In this document: piece after piece, positions 24,093-37,131 of the stretch
Layout: each line of letters opens with the position of its first letter
How positions within the stretch are numbered: the first letter of the stretch is position 1
From: Pristiophorus japonicus
Taxonomy: Eukaryota
Direction of reading: 5' to 3'
Length of the DNA stretch: 64,000 nt
NCBI RefSeq assembly: GCF_044704955.1
Contig: NC_091988.1
Coordinates: forward strand, 162,192,001 to 162,256,000
Position numbers and translations under genes: made by a program
Notes under the pieces: generated by a model
What the model saw: the letters and a program-made list of their open reading frames with translations, nothing else
Told to the model about the DNA's origin: nothing
The model's database searches: none

Positions 24093-25989
24093 ATATATAT
24101 GCTGTAGATAGGTAGAATAGACAGGCACATTAATATTTGAAATTATATATAAGCACGTCAACAGAGTAAGCAAGGCAGTTGCATTCAATCTACGGCCTCA
24201 CATTCAAACACTGAGCCTGGATCAAGATATCAATGAGGCCGCATCTCTTCCACTAGACCACCAGAATATTGCATCCCTACCACTAGATCACGAGTGATCG
24301 ATCCCAGCCAGGATACTGTACAGTGCAAAGGGAGGCTCAGCATTTTCCCAATGGGAAAAGGAAAAGAAAGTCTGTGGTGAGGTGCATGGCTGATCTGACA
24401 TACCTCCTAATAGCTGGTTACTATGCGATGGTACAACCAAGGACTTAGCCTCAATGCCATGATTTTTGCCCCAAAGGAAGCTTCAATAATGGGAAGAGGA
24501 GGGAATATAAATATTTCATTGGGGGGGGGGGGGGGCGGTTACAGAAATTAAATTATGTGAAACATTTATGTATAAATTGCAAATAGAAGGTTTGTTTAAA
24601 CTAGCTGTGTAACTGGTTTTGCATGGTGTACTAGAAGAGCACTGTAATATCAGTGCAGAGACACAGCTGTATTCTTCACAGGGTTCCAGGAAACAAACAT
24701 AAAGATTAATTCAGGAGATGCACTTGCATTAACAATATCCAAGGACACCTTCAACTTCTGGGACTCTTTTTCCACAACACGTAATAAATCAGTACTCTGA
24801 AAAATGTATTGAACTTTCAGACCATCAAAGGGAGCTATCTGGAGAGACACAAACTGTGCAGTATATACACCCCCACCCCACCCCCACTGTCCCTTGCATA
24901 GTTAACCTGTCTGCTTCACGAATTGTCAGGACATAAGCCAATAAGCCATCGCCATCTCACCGCTGACAATCCATTGTTGTTGGTCTGGGTTCCCTTCTGT
25001 TCGTTTTGATCCTCCTTGTGGTGTAACAGGAAAGGCAATAAAATATTAATAATAGAAATACATCAATACGTCAGCCGATTTAGTCAATACCAATTCATTT
25101 AGGAGCCTTATACATACAGTTAGCAGTGAAGGTTAAAACAGCAATGGGCTCGAGCAGCTCTGTAAAGAGCAGTGCGGTGCAAATGTAAATAGGAAGCTCT
25201 TCCGATTATTAATACAATCATTTATTATGACAGAGAATCAATATGTTCCAATGTGTATCACGTACAGCATACTCCACTGTGTATTCAGGCTGACTAGGGA
25301 AGATTAAATAAGATAGTATTTAATCTGATTTATAAAACTAATTACCTATGCCAACCCGGTAACACAAAATGACAATGCTTTTCGCAGCCACACTGATTTA
25401 TTAAAAACTATTGCAAGTTGAAAGGGGGATTGCCAGTAAATGCTGACTTGATTCACTCATGGCTCTAAGTTCAGTCACTGCCCCTTTACCACTGGTGAAC
25501 GGGGTTTCTCTTCCAATTAGCTCATGTGCACAGTACAACTAGATCTACTGTAGAACTACCTTCCAGTGAGAGCATGTGAGACACAGATGAAGATTTTTAA
25601 AGTCGTGCAATGAAGGCCATTTCTGACTCATGCCTATTACGGGGCAGAATAGGCAATTCCAGAAATCCAGTTCAAAGCCCTGTTCAGGTGCATTCAGGTG
25701 GCAGAAATGTTTTTAAAAGGCAGTTTTCTTAAGTTATGGCGTGTATGATGACAGACACAATTAATAGTTGTGGTGGTATCTTTATGCCATTAATCACATA
25801 ATCATACACATCTTTTTGCACATCTGGTAAAGTTCTTGAAAAACCCTTTAAAGGTCACAAGTGAAATGGGTTCAATCAGTTTGTGTTTAATTGAAAGTGG
25901 ATTTGACTGATGCCGGTCAATGGAAAAGCAAAACAATTCCATTATAGCAAATTAAATTTTGTTTAAGATTTCAAATAAAAATGGAAAGC

Positions 25990-26290
25990 ACGCCTGGCTG
26001 GCCTCCCACATTCTACCTTACGTAAACTTGAGATAATCCAAAACTCGGCAGCCCATGTCATAATTCACACCAAGTCCCATTAACCCATCACCCCCCTGTG
26101 CTCGCTGACCTACATTGGCTCCCAGTTAAGCAATGCCTCGATTTTAAAATTCTCATCCTTGTTTACAAATCCCTCCATAGCCTTGCCCCTCCCTATCTCT
26201 GTAACTTCAGCCTCACAACCCCCTGAAATGTCCGCAGTCCTCTAATTCTGCCCTCTTGAGCATCCCTGATTATAACTGCTCAACCATGGG
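25990..26290 (+). mobile_element. L2 LINE ORF2 C-terminal fragment
   Basis: IIQNSAA, VLADLHWLPVKQCLDFKILILVYKSLHSLAPPYL. Confidence 0.88.
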
Positions 26291-27574
26291 GACAGGAGGG
26301 CAAGGTAAGGTCCTTTTACTCCTGCGAATATAGGACATCCCTCCTCCTCGGGACTTCTTCCACCAGGACCTCCAGTATGGCATCCAAGAATCTGTGCACC
26401 CTCTCCCTCAGCCCATGAGCCATTCTAAAATGTGCCACTGTGTGTCTGCCAGCACACTCCACACCATCAGTGGAGGAGCCCACTTAAACTGCTCCATGAA
26501 AATTGCATCTAATTAGCACTTGAATGCTAAACCTGCAGGTTTCTAGTTTAGCACCTCCAGACAAGTTCAAATTATGGTAATCAGCAATTAAGACCAAAAT
26601 TGTGTGTCAAATCCAGACTTTCAAACAGGCATGCCTCATTAGCTCAGCACCCACTAACACCTGTTTTCATCCTTTGGCCATAATAACTCCCCCTATTCTG
26701 CACGTTATTAAAAATAAACCTTTGTTGAGAGAAACTCTTGAATGCGTTCCTGCTTGGGAATGTGACCCTCTGTTTGTGCCTCACAGGATGGTCAGGGCCC
26801 TCAATGCTTCATGACCCATGCTAGATAAATGTCTGAAACATTCAGCTCATTCAGCAGTAAAGTTCTAAAGATGACGCTGGAAACTATCAGTAGGTTCTTC
26901 AAAGGGACAAGTGCAGGGACACCTGACTAAACTGCGCCGACCTGCAAGATTTTGACATCCGAGATACAAGGTTTGAAACGTTGAAACTGACTATCCAATC
27001 TATTACAGTTCAAGATAAGTGACCTCCCCTTGATGGTGTCAGGTCAAAATAAATGTTGTTTTTGGAACAAATACTTGCAGGGCGTGAAAAACATGCCCGG
27101 TCTGTTTTTGCATCTTATCTCAGGTCTTAAAGATAGCAGAAGTTAGGCTTAGCATGAGCACTCCAGGTTCCCAAAAGAAAGGATCAGCTATCATGAATAC
27201 CAGCATCAGTTATCACTACACTTGACAACCAAAAATGCCAAGCCAATCTATTAGCACTGGGCTTTGCGCAGAGTCAGTAGAATCAGCCAAACACAAAGAT
27301 TCCTCAAACAGCGAGACGCAGAAATTTATCAATCAGATGGAAGACGATAGCCGTTGGTGGGGAGGAGATCAAGGGGAAGATAGATTTTTGATATGTCACC
27401 TGGCTGCAAAACTAGTGCTGATTTCAATGGAAATGAGATTCAGGCGGTTTCAAAAACGCGTGGCCCAGGCAGCCCGTCCATAACGGCAGTTTTATCCCCG
27501 GGTGGCAAATTGAAAATCTACTCCCAACATATAAAAGGCCCCTCCCAAAATGTAAAGGTTTTGTGACACATTTA

Positions 27575-27765
27575 AGAAAGGAAGAAAGACTTGTATTTCT
27601 ATAGCGCCTTTCACAACCTTTGGACTTCCCAAAGCACTCTACAGCCAATGACGTACTTTTGAGGTGTAGTCACTGTTGTAATGTACGAAACACAGCAGCC
27701 AATTTGCGCACAGCAAGGTCCTACAACAGCAATGTGATGATGACCAAATAATCTGTTTTTTTGAT
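27575..27765 (-). mobile_element. DeuSINE 3' half
   Basis: gacttgtatttctatagcgcctttcacaacc...gcagccaatttgcgcacagcaag. Confidence 0.82.
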
Positions 27766-28880
27766 GGTGCTTCACAATAGAAACCAGCTGCCTTGGCGTA
27801 AAATGATTTCAAATCATTTTTTTAAAATTCATATGTAAACCGTCCCTATTCCCTGATAATCCGTTGACAGCATTCTGAAGAAAATGGCTCTTTTGGAAAG
27901 AATAAAGAAAATAGCCATCACTGCAAATGCAACTCATTTTTTTCAGCCATCGGTTCAGGTAAAATACCATTCTACGATGACAGGTTTTCTTTCCACTATA
28001 ATAAGTGAAAAATGTTTAACCATCCAATCTCGGAAATACAACCCTAAATCGTCTTGTTGTTTGACTTCCCTTAATCCAGGAGAACTAATCAAATGGCCAG
28101 TAAGTGATCTGACAAGATGGATAAGAAACAGCTGAAACTGGAGCTTAGTCCTTGGGTTTAGTTCTCCTTTAGGCATTGATGGAAGTTCTATCAGTGAAGA
28201 AGCTCAGTGATTCCTTGCTTGCTTCAGGCAGAAACCCTCAAACTGTAGGTTGACATCATCAATGTTTTGGTGATTTGAAATCATATTTAAATACGAACTA
28301 GGATATGGGAAACGCAGACCTCGAAATTTAAATCTTTAGCGGCAGCTGTTAAGGCCGGTTTTGAAGAAAAAATAGCGGCTGCCTCACTTCCGCCCACTTT
28401 TGGCGCAGAACGCGGCAGCCATCATATTGGGCAGGTTGGCAGCACTACCGTTGACTGCGCTCACCTCAAATATTTTAATGATCAAGTGCGTGACGTCAAT
28501 CCGGTGTGCAACACCGAATTCACACACGCTGAGCAATTATGGACATTGTCACTCTTTTTACCGCCCTCTCCAAAGCATGTCCGTGCATGCTGCCGTTGCC
28601 AGTGCATAGACCCGGGAGAAAGCGGCGGAGATCTATAGATCACTGCCAACGTCTTCAATAACAATTCAGAGTATATCCCCTCCAGTGAGATGGCTCATAG
28701 TCATTGGTGCAGATACACATCAGCAGATTGAATGCCAGTACTATACACATTAGATGTCAGCATTCAACCGGAGCAGGTCAGTGATTTCTGGCACGTAATG
28801 TGTACAGGACAGCATTTGGTTACAAACAGTCCAGGTACTTGTACTGCATCTAAAGGCCTGATCCATTACTGTCCATTACT

Positions 28881-29173
28881 TCCCTCAAAGCCTCCCTGAA
28901 AAAGTGCAACATCCCCACTGACACCTGGGAGTCCCTGGCCAAAGAGCGCCCGAAGTGGAGGAAGTGCATCCGGGAGGGCGCTGTGCATCCGGGAGGGCGC
29001 TGAGCACCTCGAATCTCATCGCCGAGGGCATGCAGAAATCAAGCGCAGGCAGCGGAAAGAGCATGTGGCAAACATGTCCCACCCACCCTTTCCCTCAACG
29101 ACTATCTGTCCCACTTCATTTTAAGAGTGGAAGCAAGTCTTCCTTGATTCCAAGGGACTGCCTATGATGATGG
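28881..29173 (+). mobile_element. RTE LINE 3' fragment with a 30-bp TSD
   Basis: LKASLKKCNIPTDTWESLAK; tail gggactgcctatgatgatg; TSD at 28844-28873 and 29174-29203. Confidence 0.92.
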
Positions 29174-29887
29174 CTGCATCTAAAGGCCTTATCCATTACT
29201 GTCAGTCAGTTGTGTAATGCAAGACGTACACTTGTACAGCAGATTTTCAAATCTTACTAATAAGCATTTGCAGTTATATCAGTTAACTGGAAATAAAATT
29301 ATATTTGGGATTTGTAAATGTTTACTGTTATAGTTACAAATGTCCTTTTTGAATATACATCCTGCCCCTCTGAAGTAACAGCTATTGTGCTTATTACATT
29401 TTCAATATTTCTGAAGGAATTTGTACATCTGCATTTACTTGTATCGATATTCAGGTGTTCAGGATATCTGGTAAACGTTTCACATCTCTTGGTCTATTCT
29501 GGGAGGAATCATGGCTCACTTATGCCAGCTCTGACATCCAGTATTGTAAACAAATCTCCCAATTCCTGTAGACCTGGATTCTTTATCTGGGTACTTTCTA
29601 GAGAGATATACTCCTAAAAATAACAATGCTTATTCACCATGTATGTATATTAAAAGAATAGATTACTTTTATTTGTATTTTAGGGAGTTGAGTCGGAAAT
29701 ATTGGTTGCATTCTTTAAACTATGACAGATTAGTGCATTCTTAGGCTTTGATTTATCTTGCATTCCCTCGCTGTCAACCTACAAAACAATGGGAAACATT
29801 AATAAGTTGCGATTTCCTGATATGCACAGATAGATTAAACCCGACCTTCGGCCTCCTAGTGATCTTACCACCTGAAGGAGCATGTTG

Positions 29888-30027
29888 TGTCATGTATCTT
29901 ACATTATTATATATAACTGCATCCTAACATGCTATACATGACTGTAATAAGATATGACCTGTAACCACCAGCATACCTTACCACAAGGGGTGCACTTGCA
30001 AGAGACAGGTATATAAGGACAGGTCTC
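29888..30027 (+). repeat. 5' LTR, truncated to 140 bp
   Basis: Near-identical to the first 140 bp of the 3' LTR; TATA-like tatataa at ~30010. Confidence 0.92.
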
Positions 30028-31971
30028 TCCACGTGCTACTCAGGAAGGGGTGCGATTGGTTTTGGGGGGACGCCCAGGAATGCGCCTTCAATAAGGCACG
30101 CAACCTTCTTTGTTCCAACAGTGTTTTGACTTTCTTTGACTCAGGTAAAAAGCTAGTTCTCACATGCGATGCGTCAGCTTATGGGGTCGGGTGCGTTTTG
30201 CAACATGTCAATAGTGCGGGCAAATTACAACCCACAGCTTATGCCTCCAGGTCACTTTCGCGGGTGGAGCGCGGGTACGGAATGGTAGAGAAGGAGGCGC
30301 TCGCGTGCGTGTACGGTGTCAAAAAGATGCACCAATACCTTTTCGGGGCCAAGTTCGCGTTAGAAACTGACCACAAGCCCCTCACGTCCCTCCTATCCGA
30401 GAGCAAGGCAATAAACGCCAACGCCTCGACGCGAATTCAACGGTGGGCACTCATGCTGGCGTCCTACGACTATACCATAAGGCACAGACCAGGCATAGAC
30501 AACTGTGCCGAAGCGCTCAGCAGGCTACCCCTGGCGACCACGGAAGGGTCTGACGAACAGGACTGTGAGATAGTCATGGCAATCAATGCCTTTGAGTCCA
30601 CAGGTTCGCTCATGACGGCTCGCCAAATCAGAGCCTGGACGGCCAATGACCCCACGTTATCCTTAGTAAAAAGATGTGTCCTAACCGGTGACTGGGCAGA
30701 GGCTCACGATGCCTGCCCCGAGGAATTAAAACCCTTTCACAGGCGCATGCATGAGCTATCGCTACAAGTAGACTGCCTGATGTGGGGCAGCCGAGTAGTC
30801 ATGCCTCTGTGAGGCAGAGAGGCATTTGTCCGGGAGCACCCGGGGATCGTTCTCATGAAGGCCATAGCCAGATCCCACGTCTGGTGGCCTGGTATTGACT
30901 CAGACTTGGAGCTCTGTGTCCGAAGGTGCACCATTTGTGCCCAGCTCAGCAATGCCCCCAGGGAGGCTCCACTGAGCCCCTGGCCCTGGCCTACCAAACC
31001 GTGGTCGCGAGTGCACGTAGACTATGTGGGCTCATTCATGGGCAAAATGTTCCTCGTAGTTGTAGATGCATTTTTAAAGTGGATCGAATGCACCATTTTA
31101 AACTCGAGCACAACCTCCACCACTTGTGGAGAGCCTCGCAGCCATGTTTGCAACGCACGTAATCCCTGACATATTGGTCAGTGACAATGGTCCGTGCTTC
31201 ACCAGCGCAGAATTCCAAGACTTTATAATAGACCACGGCATAAATCATGTCAAGACTGCACCGTTCAAGCCGGCCTCCAACGGCCAGGCGGAGAGAGCAG
31301 TGTAAATCATTAAACAAGGCATGATAAAAATCCAAGGTCCCACGCTGCAGGGTCACCTGTTGCGACTGCTGCTGGCATACAAATCTCGTCCGCACTCATT
31401 GACTGGGATCCCCCCCGTGTAACTGTTGATGAAAAGGACTTTAAAACCAAGGCTCTCATTAATCCTCCCAGACATGCACGAAATCGTTGAGGCAAAGCGC
31501 CATAAGCTGACTGAGTACCATGACAGAAATTCGAGGGGGAGATGGAATGAGATAGGGGACAAAGTGTTTGTACTAAACTATGGCAGGGGTCCCAAATGGC
31601 TTGCAGGGACAGTAACAGGCAAGGAAGGAAACAGGCTACTGGTAGTACAAATGGACAATGGCAAAAACTGCCGGAGGCATGTAGACCAAGTCAAAAGCAG
31701 ATTTACCAACAACACTGCGGAACCAGAGGCAGACTACAATGTAGAACTCACACCACACCTGGTGGACAGACAGAGGGAACAACCTGAGGAAAGGGCAATC
31801 CCAACAGACAGCCCAGGCGAGTCAACAACAATCACACCAATCGAAACAGACAGCCCAGGCGAGATACCAGCAACCACACCCAAAGAAAAACAGACACCAA
31901 GGCAAACAACTGAACCACAACTCAGACGCTCCATGCGAGAGCGTAGACCACCTGAGAGACTGAACCTATAA
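30028..31971 (+). pseudogene. Gypsy pol remnant: RT connection, RNase H, integrase, C-terminal tail
   Basis: CDASAYGVG, EKEALA, ETDHKPL, RIQRWAL, HPGIV..WWPG..CTIC, HVDY, SDNG, SNGQAER; interrupted by stops and frameshifts. Confidence 0.93.
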
Positions 31972-31998
31972 AGACAATAAGACCTTGGGGAAGGGTGA

Positions 31999-32246
31999 TG
32001 TCATGTATCTTACATTATTATATATAACTGTATCCTAACATGCTATACATGACTGTAATAAGATGTGACCTGTAACCACCAGCATACCTTACCACCAGGG
32101 GTACACTTGCAAGAGACAGGTATATAAGGACAGGTCTCAGGCAAGTGCAGCATTCCAGAGCTGTGAAATAAAGGTGCAGGTCCAGAGTGATCTTAACTTC
32201 ACTACATGCCTCGTGTGAATCTGTACTGAGGGGACAGGACTTTACA
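31999..32246 (+). repeat. 3' LTR (248 bp)
   Basis: tgtcatg...tttaca with tatataa and aataaa; preceded by the PPT. Confidence 0.93.
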
Positions 32247-34248
32247 CGTTGCACGGGAGATTCTGTGCCGTGCTCATTTAAACCAGCCGGCAGCACCAAA
32301 ACAATGGGGCTGCCTGCGTTTTTTTTACAGGCAGTCATTAACCTCGGCTCACAGTGGCACCACCCGTAAATGGACTTACTCAAATTTCTAGGCCACAATC
32401 TATTAATATAGTACAGTATATAGTTCTGTGTCAACTTTTCCCACTTTGAAATTTTCCTGCCACTTCAACCCACGTTGTTGCTGTGCGAATAGCACATCCA
32501 GCTGCCTTTATTCTATTCTGTAGGTGTTGCATTCAAAAAACTTGTACACAATACTTGAGGCCATAATAGACAACCAACCTATCTGAGAGGCCAATAAAAT
32601 GCCATCCAATATTCTGTGCAAGCTTTATGAATGCTCAGCCGACACCTCTGCCCTTCTGAGTGGAACATGGCCAGATTGGGATTGAGAGTAGCAGTGGCAT
32701 CAGCAGCAGGGTGACACTGGAAGGCACAGCACCACCGAGACTGAGATTGGGAATGGCAGCTGGCAAAACAGTGGAATCCATTGGAACTAATCGGAATAGA
32801 GACAAACAAGAAATGGTGCTAGCCTGTGAGCTTCATAATGAGCAGCACCCCCATAGAGTGGTCTGATGCCGCTTTTGGTAGCAGTAAACCAAATGAGGAA
32901 ATATTGGGCCTTTACTCTCGAATATGAAAGGCAAAGTGGCAAAGACTTCAAACTGTCAGTACGGTAAATGGCAGGCACATCAGCATGGGGAGGGCGAGCA
33001 GGGAATCCAACAAGTAGCTGCTACAGATAGCGCACAATATGAAGGTTAGAACTCCTATAAACTGAGAGCCCAGAAACTCAGCCAATTTTCTAAATTAGAA
33101 GCAAAGCATCAGGCCAACAGGCTGATTTTCAGCAGAAACCAGGTTTAGATCAACAATCATACATGATAACCATCCTAATTTTCAATTGTGTAGCTGGTGA
33201 TTAATTTTAAAATGAATCCACTCATCCATCTTGCATTTCTTCCTCCGTATCTTTTAAACCTGGAGCTGTTCAGAAAGATACTGTAGCAAGTAATAGTGCA
33301 CTCAAAGTACATTTGCAATGTTCCTTAAAAAACATAATCATTGAATAAGATGTTATCAACTTTGGAGGACGAAAATGTTTCACCCTCAGCGTTGCTACAT
33401 TTAACACTGTTTATATGAGGCAGGGTGTACACATTGCGTCTCAAATCCTTAGCTTTTATCCAGATCTTTTCATATTCGGTTGCGCTGTATCACACACCAG
33501 AGACAAAATGATTACTAGTGACATTTCTGCGCCACCCTTCATAGTAAGACATTGTCACTGTGAGCTCAGCACTTACGCAGATTCTTGCCCGAGGAGGCTG
33601 AAATTATATAAGAATCCCAGATTCACAAAAGAACTTTGATCGTTGTTGGTTCAAGACCCCAAATCTCAAAATGTCTGAAGAGATGCTGAATTTTATGTGT
33701 ATTTATCCTACTCACTATTCTGAGACCAGAATAAGCCAGATCCGAATGTATTGGAAATGATACTGACTGCGACAATTTCTGTCGACTTCAACACAGTGAA
33801 CGTGACCAGAGATCGGTCACGTAATTGGAAAATACCTCATTGTTAGATCATTAAGCTCTTTCAGCGAGGTACAGATTAGATGGTTCATGAAATGAAAAAG
33901 TACATAGCTGTTTGCAATTAGCATTAACGCAGTAAAAGAACATAAAGGCATATAAAGTAAACTGAAACAAACAAAACCAGCATTTGGGACAACATGAATT
34001 TGACACAAGTACATGGCAAAAAGCTACCCTGATGCCAAAGAAATTCACACACAACAAACATCTCATAAACTGAGGGCACGGTTACCATTGATCTCAAGGT
34101 CATCAGTTATGTCCCTGTGATGCATCTTATCAGCATGAGAACGCATATCCTAGAGTAAAAGAACACGCTTTGTTAAAATATTGTTAGCATTGCATTGTGA
34201 ATGATTGTGTATACAGACAGGGTCATCAATGTATCAACAGGACATCTG

Positions 34249-34999
34249 GGGGCTGAAATTGCCTCTTTCTTTAAGGCCTCTTCACACCGGAAATCAGCGG
34301 CCACGCTATGGAGTTCAATGGCCGCTGACTTTCCGTGTAATGGCCGCCATTATCAAAATTCCGCTTCTGCGGTATCCCGGCGGTGACCCGCTCCTCCGGC
34401 CCCCCCTTCCCCCGCTCCACTGCTGATGATCTGTCCTAAAGTGCGTCATCACAGTGCACACCGCCGATGTTCCACCCCGACGGCAAAATTCCGCCGAGTA
34501 AATCTTCCTTCCACTGGGCGGTGCCGAAAGCTGCTTTTTCCCAATGGTGCAGTAAGGATCTGCCCTTCTGCAATGGCGGTGCTGTGCCCATGAAAGGGGG
34601 GGGGGGGAAGCACTGCAGTTACCGCCATGTTTTTTTTGTTGGCCGACTACCCTGTCAGGCCGACAATTGTGCCCTCGGATTCAGCCGGGTCGCCAACGGG
34701 CAGCCTGGCACCCTCTTTAAGTGAAGGGGAGAGCTGTGGTGACGCGGTGCCATGATGACATCATCAGCGCTATGCTGATGACCAACAGCGGCGGTCGCTA
34801 CCCATGCCCCCCAACTTCCGCCCCTCTCGTGTACCCACCGCCACACTTCCGCCCCCATTATGAGCCACTTCCGGTCCACCTGGAAAAAAAGCCAAAGATC
34901 GAAATTTTGCTCAAGAGGTGACCTCAACCACTGCGGCGGTAAAAACAGTTGGAACGGGGTGCATGCGCCACGTTTCCAGCGGTGGGCAATTTAGGCCCT
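34249..34999. mobile_element. Harbinger-type MITE, related to 3861-4569 in opposite orientation
   Basis: TIRs ggggctgaaattgcc / ggcaatttaggccct; flanks CTG/CTA; shares the ccccttcacttaaag motif in reverse complement. Confidence 0.8.
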
Positions 35000-35220
35000 C
35001 TAAAATTTACACTTGGCCATATTCAACCATGGGATTTTGGGGTTTTACTTTTCCATACAATACAGGGTGCTCAAAAGGGATGTCCGAGCATCTGGTGTAT
35101 TTACAGGGTGCGATGTGTCAAGCTTCACTCTGTGAACTGAGAGCGTGTTGGTTGCTTCTCCTGCAAGTCCATCCCTCTCCATCATTTATTCCATCTTCAA
35201 TACATTCAGTGCAAAATAAG

Positions 35221-35760
35221 GGGGCAAAATTGCCCCTTTTTGAGAGGCCCGTCAGCACCTCCAGGGGGCGCAGGGTGTGGTGGCACTATGATGTCCGTGC
35301 TGTACACGGCCACCCCTCAGCACCGTGTGCCGACCCCTTTCTGCCCCGCGGGGGAAATTGCCCTGCGGGTCGCGAAGCTGGCCGACATCCGCTTGTGGGG
35401 CAGAAGTTTAAGGAGAGATCGCCAGCACCCCACGCAGCCATCTTAGTTCTTGGCTCAGCTCACCTAACTGTTTTTTTCCATGGTCCGGGCCACCATCGTG
35501 CAGCCCAGCACTCTGTTTTGGATGCCCGGTACCATGTTGCCCTTTGGTTCAGTGGAGGTCATCAGAGGCCTTGCAGAGTGCGCAGTGGAGGGGAGGGGGA
35601 TTGAAACGCATCAGTGCACGCTGCACAACTTGCTCCATTAGCGCCATTGGAACCGCCCCGAAAGGAAGTTCCACTTCCTTTGAGGGGCAGTAAGCCCAGT
35701 TCAGCAGCCAGGACTGCGCCGGGCGCAGGAAGTTTTGCCCCAGGCGGATTATTGTCTCCT
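35221..35760. mobile_element. Harbinger-type MITE with decayed right end
   Basis: Left TIR ggggcaaaattgcccc; AAG on both flanks; internal ggggaaattgccc motif as in the other MITEs. Confidence 0.6.
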
Positions 35761-36183
35761 AAGTTTCTAAATGTAATGGGCTAGAAATTGCAGTTGGAGG
35801 CGCACCTCTGGAGTACACCTCCGAACTGCGAAACTTTTACAAACGTAACTCCAGATTCCCAGGCTGTGTGGACTTCCAGTTTCGGACCTCCAAGCGTACA
35901 GTAGCGTAAAGAACCATGGATCCCAAGGGTGAGAGGGATTCAGAAGCATACCTGGGATCACAGCGGGAGTCCGGGGGAGGTCTAGAAAGGCCCAACGTCG
36001 GAGGAGGAGCGGCAGTTTGAGCAGTGGGAGTCTGGGGGAGGCCTATAAAGGCCAACCGGTGCAGCTGCAGCAGGGAGGCAAAAAAGAAGTAGAAAGAAAT
36101 CGAAAGGTGATGTCACAGCCAAGGGTCTAAGTGATTGGTAAGTAGTTTTTCCTTTTTCTTTTTCTTTTCTTTATCAGAAAGTC

Positions 36184-37131
36184 ATGGCAGGAGAGCTCGG
36201 ACATGTGTTATGCTCCTCCTGTCATATGTGAGAAGTCAGGGATGCTTCCAGTGTCCCTGACGACGACATGTGCGGGAGGTGCATCTGCCTGCAGCTCCTG
36301 ACAGACCGCATTGCGGCACTGGAGCTGCGGGTGGATATACTCTGGAGCATCCACGATGCTGAGAATGACGTGAATAGCACGTTTAGTGAGTTGATCTTAC
36401 CGCAGGTAAAGGGTACACAGCCAGATAGGGAATGGGTGACCAACAGGAAGAGTAGTGGAAGGAAGGTAGTGCAGGGGTCCCCTGCTGTCATTCCCCTGCA
36501 AAACAGATACACCGCTTTGGGTACTGTTGGGGGGATGACTCATCAGGGGAAGGAGCAGCAACAGCCAAGTTCATGACACCATGGGTGGCTCTGCTGAGCA
36601 GGAGGGCAAGAAAAAGAGTGGGAGAGCTATAATGACAGGGGATTCAATTATACGGGGAAAAGATAGACATTTCTGCGGCCGAACTGAGACTCCAGGATGA
36701 TATGTTGCCTCCCTGGTGCAAGGGCCAAGGATGTCTTGGAGCGGGTGCAGGGCATTCTGAAAAGGGAGGGTGAACAGCCAGTTGTCGTGGTGCATATAGG
36801 TACCAACGATATAGGTAAAAAACGGGATGAGGACCTACAAGACGAATTTAGGGAGCTAGGAGCTAAATTAAAAAGTGGGACCTCAAAAGTAATAATCTCA
36901 GGATTGCTACCAGTGCCACATGCTAGTCAGAGTAGGAAGTGCAGGATAGCTCATATGAATACGTGGCTTGAAGAGTGGTGCAGAAGGGAGGGATTCAAAT
37001 TCCTGGGACATTGGAACCGGTTTTGGGGGAGGTGGGACCATGACAAACCGAACTGTCTGTACCTTCGCAGGACCAGAACTAATGTCCCAGGGGGAGTGTT
37101 TGCTAGTGCTGTTGGGGAGGAGTTAAACTAA
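36184..37131 (+). pseudogene. CR1 ORF1 (zinc finger/leucine zipper + SGNH esterase), disrupted
   Basis: MAGELGHVLCSSC..CGRC..LQLLTDRIAALELRV; GDS, CLPGA and VHIGTND esterase motifs; one early stop and frameshifts. Confidence 0.9.

Larger units (their letters stand above)
29888..32246 (+). mobile_element. Ty3/Gypsy LTR retrotransposon, internally deleted
   Basis: TG...CA termini; PPT ggggaagggtga 31987-31998; 5-bp TSD tgttg/cgttg (29883-29887, 32247-32251); RNase H precedes integrase. Confidence 0.95.

Noticed and set aside
24650-24850. Possible minus-strand host exon after an acceptor-like tttgtgtctctccag
   Set aside because: The peptide is not recognisable, I see no convincing donor, and no partner exons are evident; RNA-seq or homology would be needed.
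34918-35604. 228-aa ORF
   Set aside because: It spans two different MITEs and the spacer between them; GC-rich chance ORF with no motif.
36138-36177. GTAAGT...polypyrimidine-CAG just before the CR1 ORF1 ATG as an intron
   Set aside because: Only 40 nt, below typical vertebrate intron size, and seen in a single copy.
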